Assembly: GCF_006345805.1 (NCBI RefSeq)
Contig: NC_042997.1
Location: forward strand, 175,088,001-175,152,000
Length of the DNA: 64,000 nt
Direction: 5' to 3'
Origin: Octopus sinensis
Taxonomy: Eukaryota
The notes under the pieces are model-generated. The model searched no databases, was not told where the DNA came from, and worked only from the letters and a program-made list of their open reading frames with translations. Shown here piece after piece: positions 39,458-52,745 of this stretch. Position 1 is the stretch's first letter. Each line of letters starts with the position of its first letter. The translations under genes and the position numbers were made by a program.

Positions 39458-41643
39458 TATACATATATATATATGTATGTATATATATATATATATATCG
39501 AGAGAGAGAGAAAATGTTGAGAACTTTAATTTTATTTATTTATTTTTTACTGTTTTTATATATCTAACACGACTTTGTACTAAGTGACGTCAGTTTTTCA
39601 TCACTATTAATTTCCTAATTTTCTATTTGTCCAACATAATATTCTAGATAAGCTTATTATCTTCATTGTCCGGAACATATCAACGACAACGCTCTCTACT
39701 TAATAAGCATGTGCTGTAATTACTGTGACCTTTGGTATCATGTTCAAATGCAGTCAAAGCAAATACCTTGAAAATAACTATATTGTATGATGTTTGTCGC
39801 TACTTCGAAATTGCATCGTAAAATTTCGATTAGGCTTTGGTTGAGTAGATAAATGAAAAACAATCAAGTCTTTCATCTTTACTCTAAGTTTTTATTAAGT
39901 TCCTGGTCAGCTCTGATTCATTAGATTTATGATCAACTGTGTTCCAATCGTCACCAACCCGTCTGTATATATTGTATCCAGGATCACATTATTGATAAGG
40001 TGTGCTTCCTTTCTTAAACACGGCAGAATGTGATTGAGAGATTTGGTTGATATTTCTAGCATATCGAGTGACTTTTTAAAAATATTTTTTAGTTAAGTGG
40101 AAAGGTAGTGCTCATGACTCATCCACTGGTGGAAGGGATCACCAAACTGGAGACTTGACCCGAATGCATGCTAAAGGCACTCAACTCAACTCAGGATTAA
40201 ATCTACTTAACCTAATGAGAGTCAATGTGGGAAAAGAACTGGAAATGCAAAGAGCCAGGACAAGTAGTTCAAGGAACTCGGTTCAACATTCTAACAATTC
40301 CATCAAGCCATCGCCATGGATTTGTACTTTTCTTTATCGACCTCGAAATGGCTGAAAGGCGAAGTTAACTTCGGTGAGTATTCGGTCCCAGAGTAGCAAC
40401 GAGTCTGAATAAATGCCAGGTGGAATTCTATCCGGTGCTCTGATGATTTTGCCAATTAGCCAGCTGTGTAGATGTTCTCTTCTTGTTTCTGTTTATCTAT
40501 TTAACTTAATTGATAAGACCTACTATTAAAGATGTTCCAGCCATGACCATCCCATGTAGTGAATCTCAGAGTTTTCTTTTGCTTAGATTTTGCTTAACTA
40601 AGACTGCCGTTGTTAATCTTCTATTTCCTTTTGTGGAATTCTTCATAATATTGTTTATCTATTTAGTTTTGTCTCGTGTTCTGTATTAATAAAGCTGTAT
40701 TATAACGAAGATGACAGAATGGGATGTTTTCCTCCTTATTTTTAAACGAGATATTAGATAGGATGTTATAGCATTCATGCCTTCCTCTAAAGCGATCAGT
40801 CTTATTCTGATCGCTTTAACCTGGCATAACTTTCGCCGTATAAGTCGAGTTAATGACGAAAAAACATTAAATAAATCAACAGGATTGTGATTCTTTAGAC
40901 TTAGATTAGTCATGATGCGGTAAACCTATGACTGACGACAATCCAATTAGCCCAACCCGTACTCTTTTGTTTTCCTGTCATAACGTATCTAGGATTAGAT
41001 TATTCGTTTTTAATACAGTGCAGTGTGATTCGAAAGACTTTTCCCTAGCCCCCAGAATTGCTGACCTTGTGTCAAAATTAGAAAAGAAAATATGTGAGGG
41101 ATTGTATGAGAAGTAAAAATTTGAAACTGCATGGTTTGAACTCAGAACTAGGACCGGCGTGACAAAATTACCCTGTTGTTTTGATATTATGTCATCTCGG
41201 TTATATTCGTTGCGGTTTTCAAGTTTTATGCCTTGAAATATTACTTTTCTCAATGACGAGTCACAAAAGTCCTATATTTGAGTAAAGAAGAAATAGGAAG
41301 TAAGTTGTTTATGTCTCTTTCAAAAGAATTAATGACGTATGTAAAATCGAATAGAATCACAAATCGAAATCAGGGAGCTCATTGGTCAACGTATCTTAGC
41401 CAATGGTTAAAGCTGTATGGTCGAGAACTACGTTTTGGATTCCACTCCTTTGCCGAGCATATTGGACAATTAACCATAGCAAAGGCTCGAAAAATTCCTC
41501 ACTTGATTTAATACCATCCCTTGGTTCCTGGATGCCTTTAGGGAAGTCCAATATGTTTAACACATTTCGTCAAGGTCTCTGGTCTGAGGATAACTTTCCA
41601 ACATAGAAGCCGTCGAAGTCTCTTTTTTCTTTGACAAAACTAA

Positions 41644-42035
41644 TCTCTCTATATATAAAGCTGAAGTTGTCTGTGTATGGCAGGTTTGGTAGCCTTCAAC
41701 TAACACTATCTCCTCCGAGACCCTGCGGAGCTAGTTGACCAAAATTGAAAGTATAATAGAAGAAGGATTGCTCTTCATTCCGTAGAAGATAAAATTCAAA
41801 TCGGACCATGTTAACACCAAAAATTATTTACATCAAAAAGGTGCTTTCTTTCAATGAAAATCCCTATTTTTTACGATTTTTTTACTACTGTGTCGCCATT
41901 TTTCGGTGTATTTCAACCAGAAAAATGTTCACTTAAAGAGAATAACAAGCTACATAATGCAAAATTTTTACTTTTCAAAAATTCCAATTCTAAAGGGTCG
42001 AAACAAACCCGAACAACGCCGGGCGATACTGCTAG
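41644..42035 (+). mobile_element. Non-autonomous Helitron-type element, family H1
   Basis: A|TCTCTCTATATATAAAGCTGAAG...CCCGAACAACGCCGGGCGATACTG-CTAG|T, near-identical to 9757-10145. Confidence 0.8.
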
Positions 42036-42591
42036 TAAAATGATACAGCGATATTTTTCATTGCATACATGGTTAACTTTAGTAGAGAGGAACATAGTTG
42101 ATTGACATGACCCCACTGTATTTCTTGGCAATTATTTCATCAACCACAGAAGAATAAAAAACAAATTCGACAAAGTTGAAATCGGAACATAACTAAATAT
42201 TTTTCGATTAGGCATAAAGGCCTTAACATTTAGAAAAGTGGGGAATGTGAAGTTGAACATGCATACATTTCTCGTTTGTATCTACATTGTAATTGAAATC
42301 AAATTGCTTCAGCCGGAAATTGAAACTGTTTTTGCAATTCCAACTTATTTTGTTTGCCCTAACAAAAGTAGACAACTAGAAAGTATTTAGTTTGTCGCTT
42401 TACTCAATCTGTTAATGCACATTGATTGTGTGATTAATTATTGATTTCTTATGATTAGGTATGTTTTAGAGTGGGTGGCAACTGAAACTGGTCCCCAAGA
42501 GACATAAATTCTGAAGCAAGGAGAATCGAAACTAAATATTAAATAATGTGTTTTGTCCAGCACTCTATTAACTCTGCTTAGCACACAGATA

Positions 42592-42702
<111 letters not shown>

Positions 42703-43374
42703 TATATACACATACATATGCAGCCTTCTACGACTCTGCAACATTAATAGCTTGACATTACTATGGCACAGACTAGTAAAACAGGTTTAGCCATAAAGCA
42801 AGATATACTTCGGCTGGTTTATATTGTAGATAACCTAATTCAAGAGACTATGAGCAAGTCAAATAAAGGCTGGAATGTTAGCCGCACACGTCAACAACCT
42901 AAGATGCAACTTCCTTCCGGTTACCAAAGTCTAAAATAGCAATTTCCATTTTTATTTCGCAACAATGGCTTTTAGTTTTACTACACGCTGCCAAAGAAAT
43001 GTAAAAATAAGATAAAACAAAATAAAATGAAATAAAATAAAATGAAATGGAAAAGAAGGTGATAAGATGATTATTTTTATCTTGTGCTGAAATTTCTACA
43101 TCCGAAGAGTAAATAACTCTACAACGAATTTTGGGGTTTTTTTTTTTAATTTTTTAAAAATTAATGTGCTTTTAATACTTCTGCAATGAGTTGTTTAAGT
43201 GTAAACTTTTTTTTTTACATATTATACCTTTTAAATGCTATATGAAGTGGGTCATTAAAATTTTTATGATGTTAGTGTTGCTTCATGTCGTGAGATGTAG
43301 CTACGCCTTGTAACTAGGCGAAACGCTTAATGAAGTGGGCTATTTAGAAATTAAGCCAACTGTACTCTAAATGA

Positions 43375-43819
43375 AGGCGTATGGCTCAGTGATTAGAGCG
43401 TCGGGCTCACAATCATGAAGTAGTGAGTTCGATTCCAGGACATTTCTTTATGGAGAGCTACAGACAAGTTGACGCTATTTAAACTCACACTGACAGTTTG
43501 TATACAATTAGCACAAACATGTCAAGACGAAGGGAAAACGCACAGATACACATACATACACACACATATATATATACAGACACACACATACATGCATACA
43601 AACATACGTACGTAATACATACATACATACATACATACATACATACATACATACATACATACATACATACATACATACATACATACATACATACATACAT
43701 ACATACATACATACATACATACATACATACATACATACATACATACATACATACATACATACATACATACATACATACATACATACATACATACATACAT
43801 ACATACATACATACATACA

Positions 43820-43850
<31 letters not shown>

Positions 43851-44226
43851 CACAGCTGCATCCTCGTTACACGAGAAAAGCCATTGCCAAGAAGACTTAC
43901 TGAAATGATTCATGATTGTTGTCATGTGATGCCCTTATATGACTTTTAAGCCCGGACTGGGCTGTGTGTTGTACTCTTGAGCAAGACACTTTATTTCACT
44001 TTGCTCCAGTTCATTCATCTATAGAAACGAGTTGCAACGTCACTGATGCCAAGTTTTATCGGTCTTTGCTTTTTTCCCTTGGATAACATCGGTGGCGTGG
44101 AGAGAGGAAGCTGGTAGGCATGGATGACTGCAGGTCTTCCATAAACGATCTTGCTCGGACTTGTGCCTCAGAGGGTAACTTTCTAGGTGCAATTCCATGG
44201 TCATTCATGACCGAAAGGGGTCTTTG
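43375..44226 (+). mobile_element. SINE family C split by a 510-bp insertion
   Basis: tRNA-like head 43375-43440 (TGGCTCAGTG...GAGTTCGATTCC), body resumes at 43951. CCAGGA/CCCGGA is an imperfect duplication at the junctions. Confidence 0.8.
43610..43950 (-). mobile_element. 5'-truncated RTE-like LINE 3' end with (TATG)n tail
   Basis: Minus strand LKSHIRASHDNNHESFQ* plus 3' UTR, homologous to 53060-53140, followed by about 240 bp of (TATG)n. Confidence 0.65.
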
Positions 44227-44360
44227 CCTTTTACTGTAAATAGCAGAAAATTGGGAAAGTGTAGCGGCAGAGTCAATAGGATGCAGAAAATACAGAGAGC
44301 GTTGCTATCGCCGTTTATTATTTGCCTTACAGCGCTCATAACAGAAACATAGTAAAAAAT

Positions 44361-44776
44361 AAGGCGGCGAGCTGACAGAAACGTTAGCACGTCGGGCGAA
44401 ATGCTTTGCGGTATTTCGTCTGCCGCTACGTTCTGAGTTCAAATTCCGCCGAGGTCGACTTTGCCTATCATCCTTTCGGGGTCGATTAAATAAGTACCAG
44501 TTACGCACTGGGGTCGATGTAATCGACTTAATCCCTTTGTCTGTCCTTGTTTGTCCCCTCTGTGTTTAGCCCCTTGTGGGTAGTAAAGAAATTGGTATTT
44601 TGTCTGCCGTTACGTTCTGAGTCCAAATTCCGCCGAGGTTGACTTTGCCTTTCATCCTTTCGGGATCGATAAATTAAGTACAGTTACGCACTGGAGTCGA
44701 TGTAATCGACTTAATCCGTTTGTCTGTCTTTGTTTGTCCCCTCTATGTTTAGCCCCTTGTGTGCAATATAGAAATA
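44361..44776 (+). mobile_element. SINE family B dimer with TSD
   Basis: Flanked by AGAAACATAGTA(A/G)AAAAT at 44343-44360 and 44777-44794. Internal junction GAAATT|GGTATTTTGTCTGCC. Confidence 0.92.
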
Positions 44777-44869
44777 AGAAACATAGTAGAAAATTTAGGA
44801 TTCCAATCCTCTGTGTCTAACAGACACAGCTTCCACACTCTCCTTTAAAAAATAGATGTTCTTAATAGC

Positions 44870-44988
44870 GCTTACGGCCATATCACGTTGAAAGCACCGG
44901 TTCTCGTCCGATCACCGAAGTTAAGCAACATTGAGCCTAGTTAGTACTTAGATGGGTGACCGCTTGGGAAACCTAGGTGCTGCAAGCG
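44870..44988 (+). rRNA. 5S rRNA: Single dispersed 5S rRNA copy, probably a pseudogene or orphon
   Basis: 119 nt GCTTACGGCCATATCACGTTGAAAGCACCGGTTCTCGTCCGATCACCGAAGTTAAGC...GATGGGTGACCGCTTGGGAAACCTAGGTGCTGCAAGCG. Mismatches in helix I (GCAAGC) and helix II (CAACAT), box C GG>AG, no adjacent oligo-T terminator, no array. Confidence 0.9.
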
Positions 44989-44998
44989 TCACACATTT

Positions 44999-45181
44999 AG
45001 GCGTATGAGTAGCTGTGTGGTAAGTAGCTTGCTTACGAACCACATGGTTCCGGGTTCAGTCCCACTGCGTGGCACCTTGGGCAAGTGTTTTCTACTATAG
45101 CCTCGGGCCGACCAAAGTTTTGTGAGTGGATTTGGTAGAGAGAAACTGAAAGAAGCCCGTCGTATATATGCATATATATAC

Positions 45182-45233
<52 letters not shown>

Positions 45234-45496
45234 ATGTATGTATGTATGTATGTATGTATGTATGTATGTATGTATGAATGTGCGTGCGTATATGTTTGTG
45301 TGTCTGTGTTTATCCCCCCAACATCGCTTGACAACCGATGCTGGTATGTTTACATCCCCATAACTTAGCGGTTCGGCAAAAGAGACCGATAGAATAAGGA
45401 CTAGGCTTACAAGGAATAAGTCCTGGGGTCGATTTGCTCGACTAAAGGCGGTACTCCAGCATATCCACAGTCAAATGACTGAAACAAGTAAAAGAG
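44999..45496 (+). mobile_element. SINE family A, full length, about 10 bp downstream of the 5S copy
   Basis: Head, left arm, (TA)/(TG)/(TATG)n insert and right arm are all present. Confidence 0.9.
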
Positions 45497-45539
45497 TGCC
45501 AATCTCATCTGAAAGCCATTGTTACCTGATGATCTAAAG

Positions 45540-45868
45540 CAGAGGTTCTCAACCCTTTTCTATCAATGGACCCCTTTGATTACTATTTTATTCTGGTGGA
45601 CCTCCATAGCCATTCGATATTCAAAAGCTAGTTTTATAGAAATTGTTTCTTATTTTGTTTTTGTTTGTAAGTTGAACTGTGTAAGATATTAGAAAAAGAA
45701 ACCTAGCTGTTTCTCTAGCAATATATACCAATAAATACATGTAAAGGAAAACCTTTTTAGGGGGCCCTTAAAATATTATTGTGGACAATTTACTATATTG
45801 TTACGTAGACCCCTAAAAATCTTATATGGACCCTCAGGGGCCATATGGACTCCGGTTGAGAACCACTG
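45540..45868. mobile_element. hAT (Charlie-like) MITE, 329 bp
   Basis: TIRs CAGAGGTTCTCAAC / GTTGAGAACCACTG. 8-bp TSD ATCTAAAG / ATCTAAAA resembles the NTCTARAN preference. Confidence 0.88.
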
Positions 45869-46597
45869 ATCTAAAAGAAAGAATTAGGGCTCGGACACTT
45901 GCTTGCCTGACGCCAGCAGGCAAGGCGTCATGGCGCTTACGCCCGCATGTTATATATCATACTGAATACCTCCAGGAAAAGAATACGACCAAATAGCCGA
46001 ATTTATATGATATGTGAATAGATAAACTGAGTAGATAGATCTCATGGCTCTAAATAACAGTAATATTGGAAATTTTTTAATTAGTCCACTTCATCTAGCA
46101 TTTCATAGGTGCAATAAGAAGGCAGGCTGTATGAGTATTCCGTTCCCATTCAATTCAGTATCCCATCCGTCCTATGTTGTGCTAACGTGGGAACTTGAAC
46201 ATGATGGCTCAACCAGCTAAAAGTAGCAGCCAAAACTCCATCAAATTATACTTCACTGTCTCGAACAAAAATGGAAAGACACATTAAATATTGTAGTACT
46301 AGATAGATTAATCCTGTACAAAAATAATCCAGGATTATCACGGTTAGTCAGAGATCTGTTTAATGAAGGCTGATCTGTGACCAAATAGCAACTACAATAA
46401 CAATAGCTACAATCTCTTCTATAGATTTATTTTAGAGATGAATAACCTCTGGAAAGCTGATCTTTCCTTATTATATTACATGAATGTGAAGTTTTCAAAC
46501 GTGCAATATTCCAGGATATCAGATACATTTCACAAACTTCGAAATATATTGAAAGCAATTTTCAGAAGAAATTGTTGAAGGTATATTTTGAAGTCAC

Positions 46598-47002
46598 AAG
46601 GCGGCGAGCTGGCAGAAACGTTAGCACACCGGGCGAAATGCGTAGCCGTATTTCGTCTGCCGTTACTTTCCGAGTTCAAATTCTGCCGAGGTCGACTTTG
46701 CCTTTCATCCTTTCGGGATCGATAAATTAAGTACCAGTTACGCACTGGGGTCGATGTAATCGACTTAATCTGTTTGTCTGTCCTTGTTTGTCCTCTCTGT
46801 GTTTAGCCTCTTGTGGGTAGTAAAGAAATAGGTATTTCGTCCGAGTTCAAATTCCGCCGAGGTCGACTTTGCCTTTCATCCTTTCGGGGTCGATTAAATA
46901 AGTTCCAGTTACACACTGGGGTCGATATAATCGACTTAATCCGTCTGTCTGTCCTTGTTTGTCTTCTGTGTGTTTAGTCCCTTGTGGGTAGTAAAGAAAT
47001 AG
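46598..47002 (+). mobile_element. SINE family B dimer
   Basis: Junction AAAGAAATA|GGTATTTCGTC followed by a short deletion. Imperfect flanking duplication ATATTTT(G/TA)AAGTCA. Confidence 0.9.
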
Positions 47003-47872
47003 ATATATTTTAAAGTCATGCATTGATCTATGCGGTTTCCATAAATGTTTTTATTCGTCATAACAATAACCAGACTCATATAGTTCTTGGTTTAATTCTA
47101 ACCATTGTTGGCTTTGGTCATGCTAAAGAACTACCTTACGCACTATATATTGATGTGTTTAGTCGTTGTTAGGCTGTAGGTGCTCCTTTCTTCTTCAATG
47201 TGTATGTTCATGCGTGCATCTTTGTAGTTGAAGAATTGCTGAAAGCAGTTTTTCTTTAATTATAAGCTTTCTAAAGATAGCCGGTCAGAAACGAAGAAGA
47301 GAAACTTATCCAACTCATTGAATATTTAAACGTCTGAGATGAGTTGCTATTATTAAGATTATAGTCTTCAAAGCTATTAACCCAATCTTTAGAGAGTATA
47401 TTGTATATTTAGAATATTCGTTTCGAACGGTTTTATATCTGATGGATACATATTCATATTTATCCATCCATCCATACATTCATCCAACCATCCATCCATC
47501 CATCCATCCATCCATACATACATACATACATACATACATACATGCATACATACATAGGGGCTTCTATATACGAATATAATACGTTTTTAAACCCTGTTCG
47601 TGAGCAAATTGTTCGCTACACGCACAATTGAAATACCTATAAATGGCGACAGTCCGTTCGAAGCCATACCGAAACTTCACATAAAAACATGAAACGATGG
47701 TTCACTTGTCCATCCATCAACAACAAATACACACACATACACACACACACATATATATATATATATATGTTTGTGTATGTATGTATGTATGTATGTATGT
47801 ATGTATGTATGTATGTATGTATGTATGTATGTATGTATTATGTATGTATGTGTGTGTGTGTGTGTATGTATG

Positions 47873-48040
47873 CCGGATTGGCGTGATGCAACTATGGAGA
47901 TACTATATAAATCTAAAGGTGGAAATGATGTCTGTGATAATTATCGCGGCATCTGTCTATTAGCTGTTGCTGGAAAAATTCCTCTGAATAGATTGCTTCT
48001 GCTCATTGCTGATGAGGTTCTAGCAGAATCGTAATGTGGA
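47873..48040 (+). mobile_element. RTE/BovB-like LINE reverse-transcriptase N-terminal fragment
   Basis: PDWRDATMEILYKSKGGNDVCDNYRGICLLAVAGKIPLNRLL..ADEVLAES*CG matches the conserved LYKxKG...NYRGISLL..GK...LPESQCGF segment. Confidence 0.85.
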
Positions 48041-48433
48041 AAATCTAAGCCAAGCGCATTAGATTCCTTGGAAGAAAGCCTCGAATGTATACAAAACAAG
48101 GACGGAAAAACGGACGATGTTACACGAATAAGAATACAAAAATACGTAAAAACAATAATGATAATAATAATAACAAAAACAGGACGTCACAGACAGGCGT
48201 CTTTTCGACGAGTAGACCTATCGAAAAGACGCCTGTCTGTGACGTCCTGTTTTTGTTATTTTTATTATCATTATTGTTTTTATGTATTTTTGTATTCTTA
48301 TTCGTGTTATCATTATTATTTTTACGTATTTTTGTATTCTTATTCGTGTAACATCGTCCGTTTTTCCGTCCTTGTTTTGTATACATTCGAGGCTTTCTTC
48401 CAAGGAATCTAATGCGCTTGGCTTAGATTTTCC
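48038..48433. repeat. Fold-back inverted repeat of family F (arms 171 and 213 bp, 12-nt loop)
   Basis: 48038-48208 is the reverse complement of 48221-48433 apart from a 42-bp duplication in the right arm. The right arm continues as family F to about 48600. Confidence 0.92.
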
Positions 48434-48613
48434 TTTGAGGCTGGCCAGATCGGAGCAATCTCAAGATTAATCAGCCGAAATTGCGAGGATGATCCGGTTC
48501 TTGACTGAAGATTGAAGGCTTCGAATGTCCCGTCCGTGTTTTTTGTATCGTCTTCTAAATGTTTTGCGTTCTTGTCCCAGTTTGTATTTTTTACATATAC
48601 ATACATACATACA

Positions 48614-48687
<74 letters not shown>

Positions 48688-48696
48688 ATATATATT

Positions 48697-50990
48697 TTTT
48701 TTTATTTTCTCGTTTTGTAATTAATTGTATTTTTTGTACATGTATTTTAATTTTGCAGTTTTATTGTTACGTCTTGTTTGTGTTCGTACTCATTTTGCCC
48801 CGCTGCTTGGAATTTTATTTTAATTCTCAAGCAGGAAGGCCTATTGGATTAGTGTTCTGTCTATGCCTTCGAAACATGCCTGACTCCACTAGCGACAGCT
48901 GATGACGGGGGTTTTGTCCTTGTGTAGCTCGTCCTGTAATTGTTTTTCGTTTTCTTGTTTTTCGTTTTTCGTTTTCTTGTGTTTTGTTTTTTGGTTTTTT
49001 CCGTTTCTACGTCTTATTGTGATGTCCTGTACTCACGTATAATTATTTATATATGCATGTATATATACATGTAGATGTAGGTACGTACATATATGTTTGT
49101 ATGTATGCATATATTTTTATTTATCACCTTATTGTCTGACAGCGCCCCGCATCAGGTTCGTTCCGATTCGTCGTTTCGGTCCACTTCTTGGTTCCTTTTT
49201 TTATATCATTATATTTAAGATGCGGAACTCTCTCCCTTTGCTTTAACCTCTTCACTCTCCCTCCCTCCCACTCCTCCTCTCTCTTCGCCGCGTGTCCCCC
49301 TCTTCCTTCCTTCTTCTTTACTGCTAGCTTATAAAACAAAATTCCTTTATACGTGGTTCTTACTATTAAAAGACTGCCTCCACGCGCTGATACAATACCA
49401 TTCGTCTTCGCCAGTAAAAGGCTTTTTCGTTCGTCCCCTTGTGTGGTTGATTTCCTGTATCGTACTCTTTTTATTTTCTCGTTTTGTAACTAATTGTATT
49501 TTTTGTACATGTATTTTAATTTTGCAGTTTTATTGTTTGTCTATGCCAGAAAAAAAAGGCTTTCTCGTTCGTCCTCTTGTGCGTTTGATTTCCTGTATCG
49601 TATTCTCTTTTATTTTCTCGTTTTGTAATTAATTGTATTTTTTGTACATGTATTTTAATTTTGCAGTTTTATTGTTACGTCTTGTTTGTGTTCGTACTCA
49701 TTTTGCCCCGCTGCTTGGAATTTTATTTTAATTCTCAAGCAGGAAGGCCTATTGGATTAGTGTTCTGTCTATGCCTTCGAAACATGCCTGACTCCACTAG
49801 CGACAGCTGATGACGGGGATTTTGTCCTTGTGTAGCTCGTCCTGTAATTGTTTTTCGTTTTCTTGTTTTTTTCGTTTTTCGTTTTCTTGTTTTTCGTTTT
49901 TCGTTTTCTTGTTTTTTGTTTTTTGGTTTTTTCCGTTTCTACGTCTTATTGTGATGTCCTGTACTCACGTATAATTATTTATATATGCATGTATATATAC
50001 ATGTAGATGTAGGTACGTACATATATGTTTGTATGTATGCATATATTTTTATTTATCACCTTATTGTCTGACAGCGCCCCGCATCAGGTTCGTTCCGATT
50101 CGTCGTTTCGGTCCACTTCTTTGTTCCTTTTTTTATATTATTATATTTAAGATGCGGAACTCTCTCCCTTTGCTTTAACCTCTTCACTCTCCCTCCCTCC
50201 CACTCCTCCTCTCTCTTCGCCGCGTGTCCCCCTCTTCCTTCCTTCTTCTTTACTGCTAGCTTATAAAACAAAATTCCTTTATACGTGGTTCTTACTATTA
50301 AAAGACTGCCTCCACGCGCTGATACAATACCATTCGTCTTCGCCAGTAAAAGGCTTTTTCGTTCGTCCCCTTGTGTGGTTGATTTCCTGTATCGTACTCT
50401 TTTTATTTTCTCGTTTTGTAACTAATTGTATTTTTTGTACATGTATTTTTATTTTTGCAGTTTTATTGTTTGTCTATGCCAGAAAAAAAAGGCTTTCTCG
50501 TTCGTCCTCTTGTGCGTTTGATTTCCTGTATCGTATTCTCTTTTATTTTCTCGTTTTGTAATTAATTGTATTTTTTGTACATGTATTTTAATTTTGCAGT
50601 TTTATTGTTACGTCTTGTTTGTGTTCGTACTCATTTTGCCCCGCTGCTTGGAATTTTATTTTAATTCTCAAGCAGGAAGGCCTATTGGATTAGTGTTCTG
50701 TCTATGCCTTCGAAACATGCCTGACTCCACTAGCGACAGCTGATGACGGGGATTTTGTCCTTGTGTAGCTCGTCCTGTAATTGTTTTTCGTTTTCTTGTT
50801 TTTCGTTTTTCGTTTTCTTGTTTTTCGTTTTTCGTTTTCTTGTTTTTTGTTTTTTGGTTTTTTCCGTTTCTACGTCTTATTGTGATGTCCTGTACTCACG
50901 TATAATTATTTATATATGCATGTATATATACATGTAGATGTAGGTACGTACATATATGTTTGTATGTATGCATATATTTTTATTTTATCA
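48697..50990. repeat. ~2.5 copies of a 908/933-bp tandem repeat, very high identity
   Basis: GCAGGAAGGCC at 48831, 49739 and 50672. Each unit has an internal about 120-bp sub-duplication and a variable TTTTCGTTTTCTTG run. Confidence 0.95.
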
Positions 50991-51024
<34 letters not shown>

Positions 51025-51607
51025 TACATATATGTATGTATGTACGTATGTACACACCCTATAGGGTTTTGCCATCTGTTTACATGTGTTCGTCCGCTGA
51101 TAAGATGTGGATCTGTTGTTTCACTTTTGAACTGTACAGAGCAATTAACCAAATTCTACCACTCCCAGGCCTGCAATTCTTTTTATTCTCTCCATGTTCA
51201 CGATGCTTTTCATCCAGACATCAACTTGCATTGACTTCGCCAGTCTTTGAAACCTTGAAAACTATAAACACTTCTCTCTTCCTTGGACAAAGTTATGTGT
51301 TATAAAACAGATGAGAAAAAAAAAATTTTGCCAAGAGGAAAAGCCTGTCGGAAATAGTTCTGTAGATATCAGTAGTTAAAGATATCCTCACGCATTCTAC
51401 TTGTATGAATGTTATTAAAACAAGCGTATACTGTAATAATTGAAAATAAGCTGTTTGTGAATAAGAGCAACAACATTACGGTTTAAATATTTCAATATGT
51501 TCCTCCTTGTTTTACGTGCAAAGTAAGGCAAAGTTTATAGGTACTTACGTATCCAGGTGAATGTGCTACAAGGGTATCGATTCTCAGTAGAGGCTTTTTC
51601 TCAATTA

Positions 51608-52213
51608 TTTCTTATTTCTTTATTGCCCACAAAGGGGCTAAACATAGAGGGGACAAACAAGGACAGACAAAGGGAGATTAAGTCGATTACATCGACCCCA
51701 GTGCATGACTGGTACTTAATTTATCGACCCCGAAAGGATGAAAGGCAAAGTCGACCTCGGCGGAATTTGAACTCAGAACGTAACGGCAGACGAAATACCT
51801 ATTTCTTTACTACCCACAAGGGGCTAAACACAGAGAGGACAAACAAGGACAGACAAACGGATTAAGTCGATTATATCGAACCCCAGTGAGTAACTGGTAC
51901 TTATTTAAGCGACCCCGAAAGTATGAAAGGCAAAGTCGACCTCAGCGGAATTTGAACTCAGAACGTAACGGCAGAAGAAATACCTATTTCTTTACTACCC
52001 ACAAGGGGCTAAACAGAGAAGACAAACAAGGACAGACAAACGGATTAAGTCGATTACATCGACCCCAGTTCGTAACTGTTACTTAATTTATCGACCCGGA
52101 AAGGATGAAAGGCAAAGTCGACCTCAGCGGAATTTGAACTCACAACGTAGCGGCAGACGAAATACCGCTAAGTATTTCGCCCGGTGTGCTAACGTTTCTG
52201 CCAGCTCACAGCC
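51608..52213 (-). mobile_element. SINE family B trimer
   Basis: One head plus three bodies, with two AAAGAAATA|GGTATTTC junctions (about 51797 and 51985). Confidence 0.9.
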
Positions 52214-52433
52214 TTTCTGCTAGCTCACCGCCTTCTGCCAGCTTACCGCCTTTCTCAGTTATTTCTGTAGCTAAAACTGTTTACAAAAGGGATAAATCAC
52301 TATTCTATTTTTTTTTTCTTTTCTACTTTCGCTTAGGTTATATAATCATGCGCTTCAAAACAAATCACACATACACCCATCTATCCATCTATACATACAT
52401 ACATACATACATACATACATAACATACATACAT

Positions 52434-52466
<33 letters not shown>

Positions 52467-52560
52467 TATACATACATACATACATACATACATACATACA
52501 TACATACATACATACATACATACATACATACATACATACATACATACATACATACATGTA

Positions 52561-52745
52561 ACACCCTGCCTAAATACCATTCTTGAGAAATTAGGCTTCT
52601 CAAAACCAGAAAAGAGAGAGCTGATTCGAAGACTACAGATCCAAGCCATCGCTGGAATTGTAAAAATCTGTAAAACTTTCCGAGCACGTCTAAACTCTAA
52701 GCATGAGAATACATACATAAAACAAAACATACAAATCTGCATACA
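52561..52745 (+). mobile_element. 3' end of an R4/Dong-like (RLE-class) non-LTR retrotransposon embedded in (TACA)n
   Basis: TPCLNTILEKLGFSKPEKRELIRRLQIQAIAGIVKICKTF resembles the LQxxAxxGTxxIxRxF C-terminus of RLE-type ORFs. (TACA)n lies on both sides. Confidence 0.55.

Noticed and set aside
40788-40818. 12-bp perfect hairpin as terminator or structured RNA
   Set aside because: No U-tract, eukaryotic context, and an isolated short stem without other support.
43281-43335. Hammerhead look-alike (CTTCAT/ATGAAG, GCCT/AGGC, GAAACGC)
   Set aside because: There is no CUGANGA, and 18 nt lie where the 7-nt core should be.
48831-48885. GAAGGC/GCCTTC stem followed by GAAAC in the 0.9-kb tandem unit
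   Set aside because: No upstream CUGANGA and no NUH triplet. The nearby CTGATGA has no matching GAAA.
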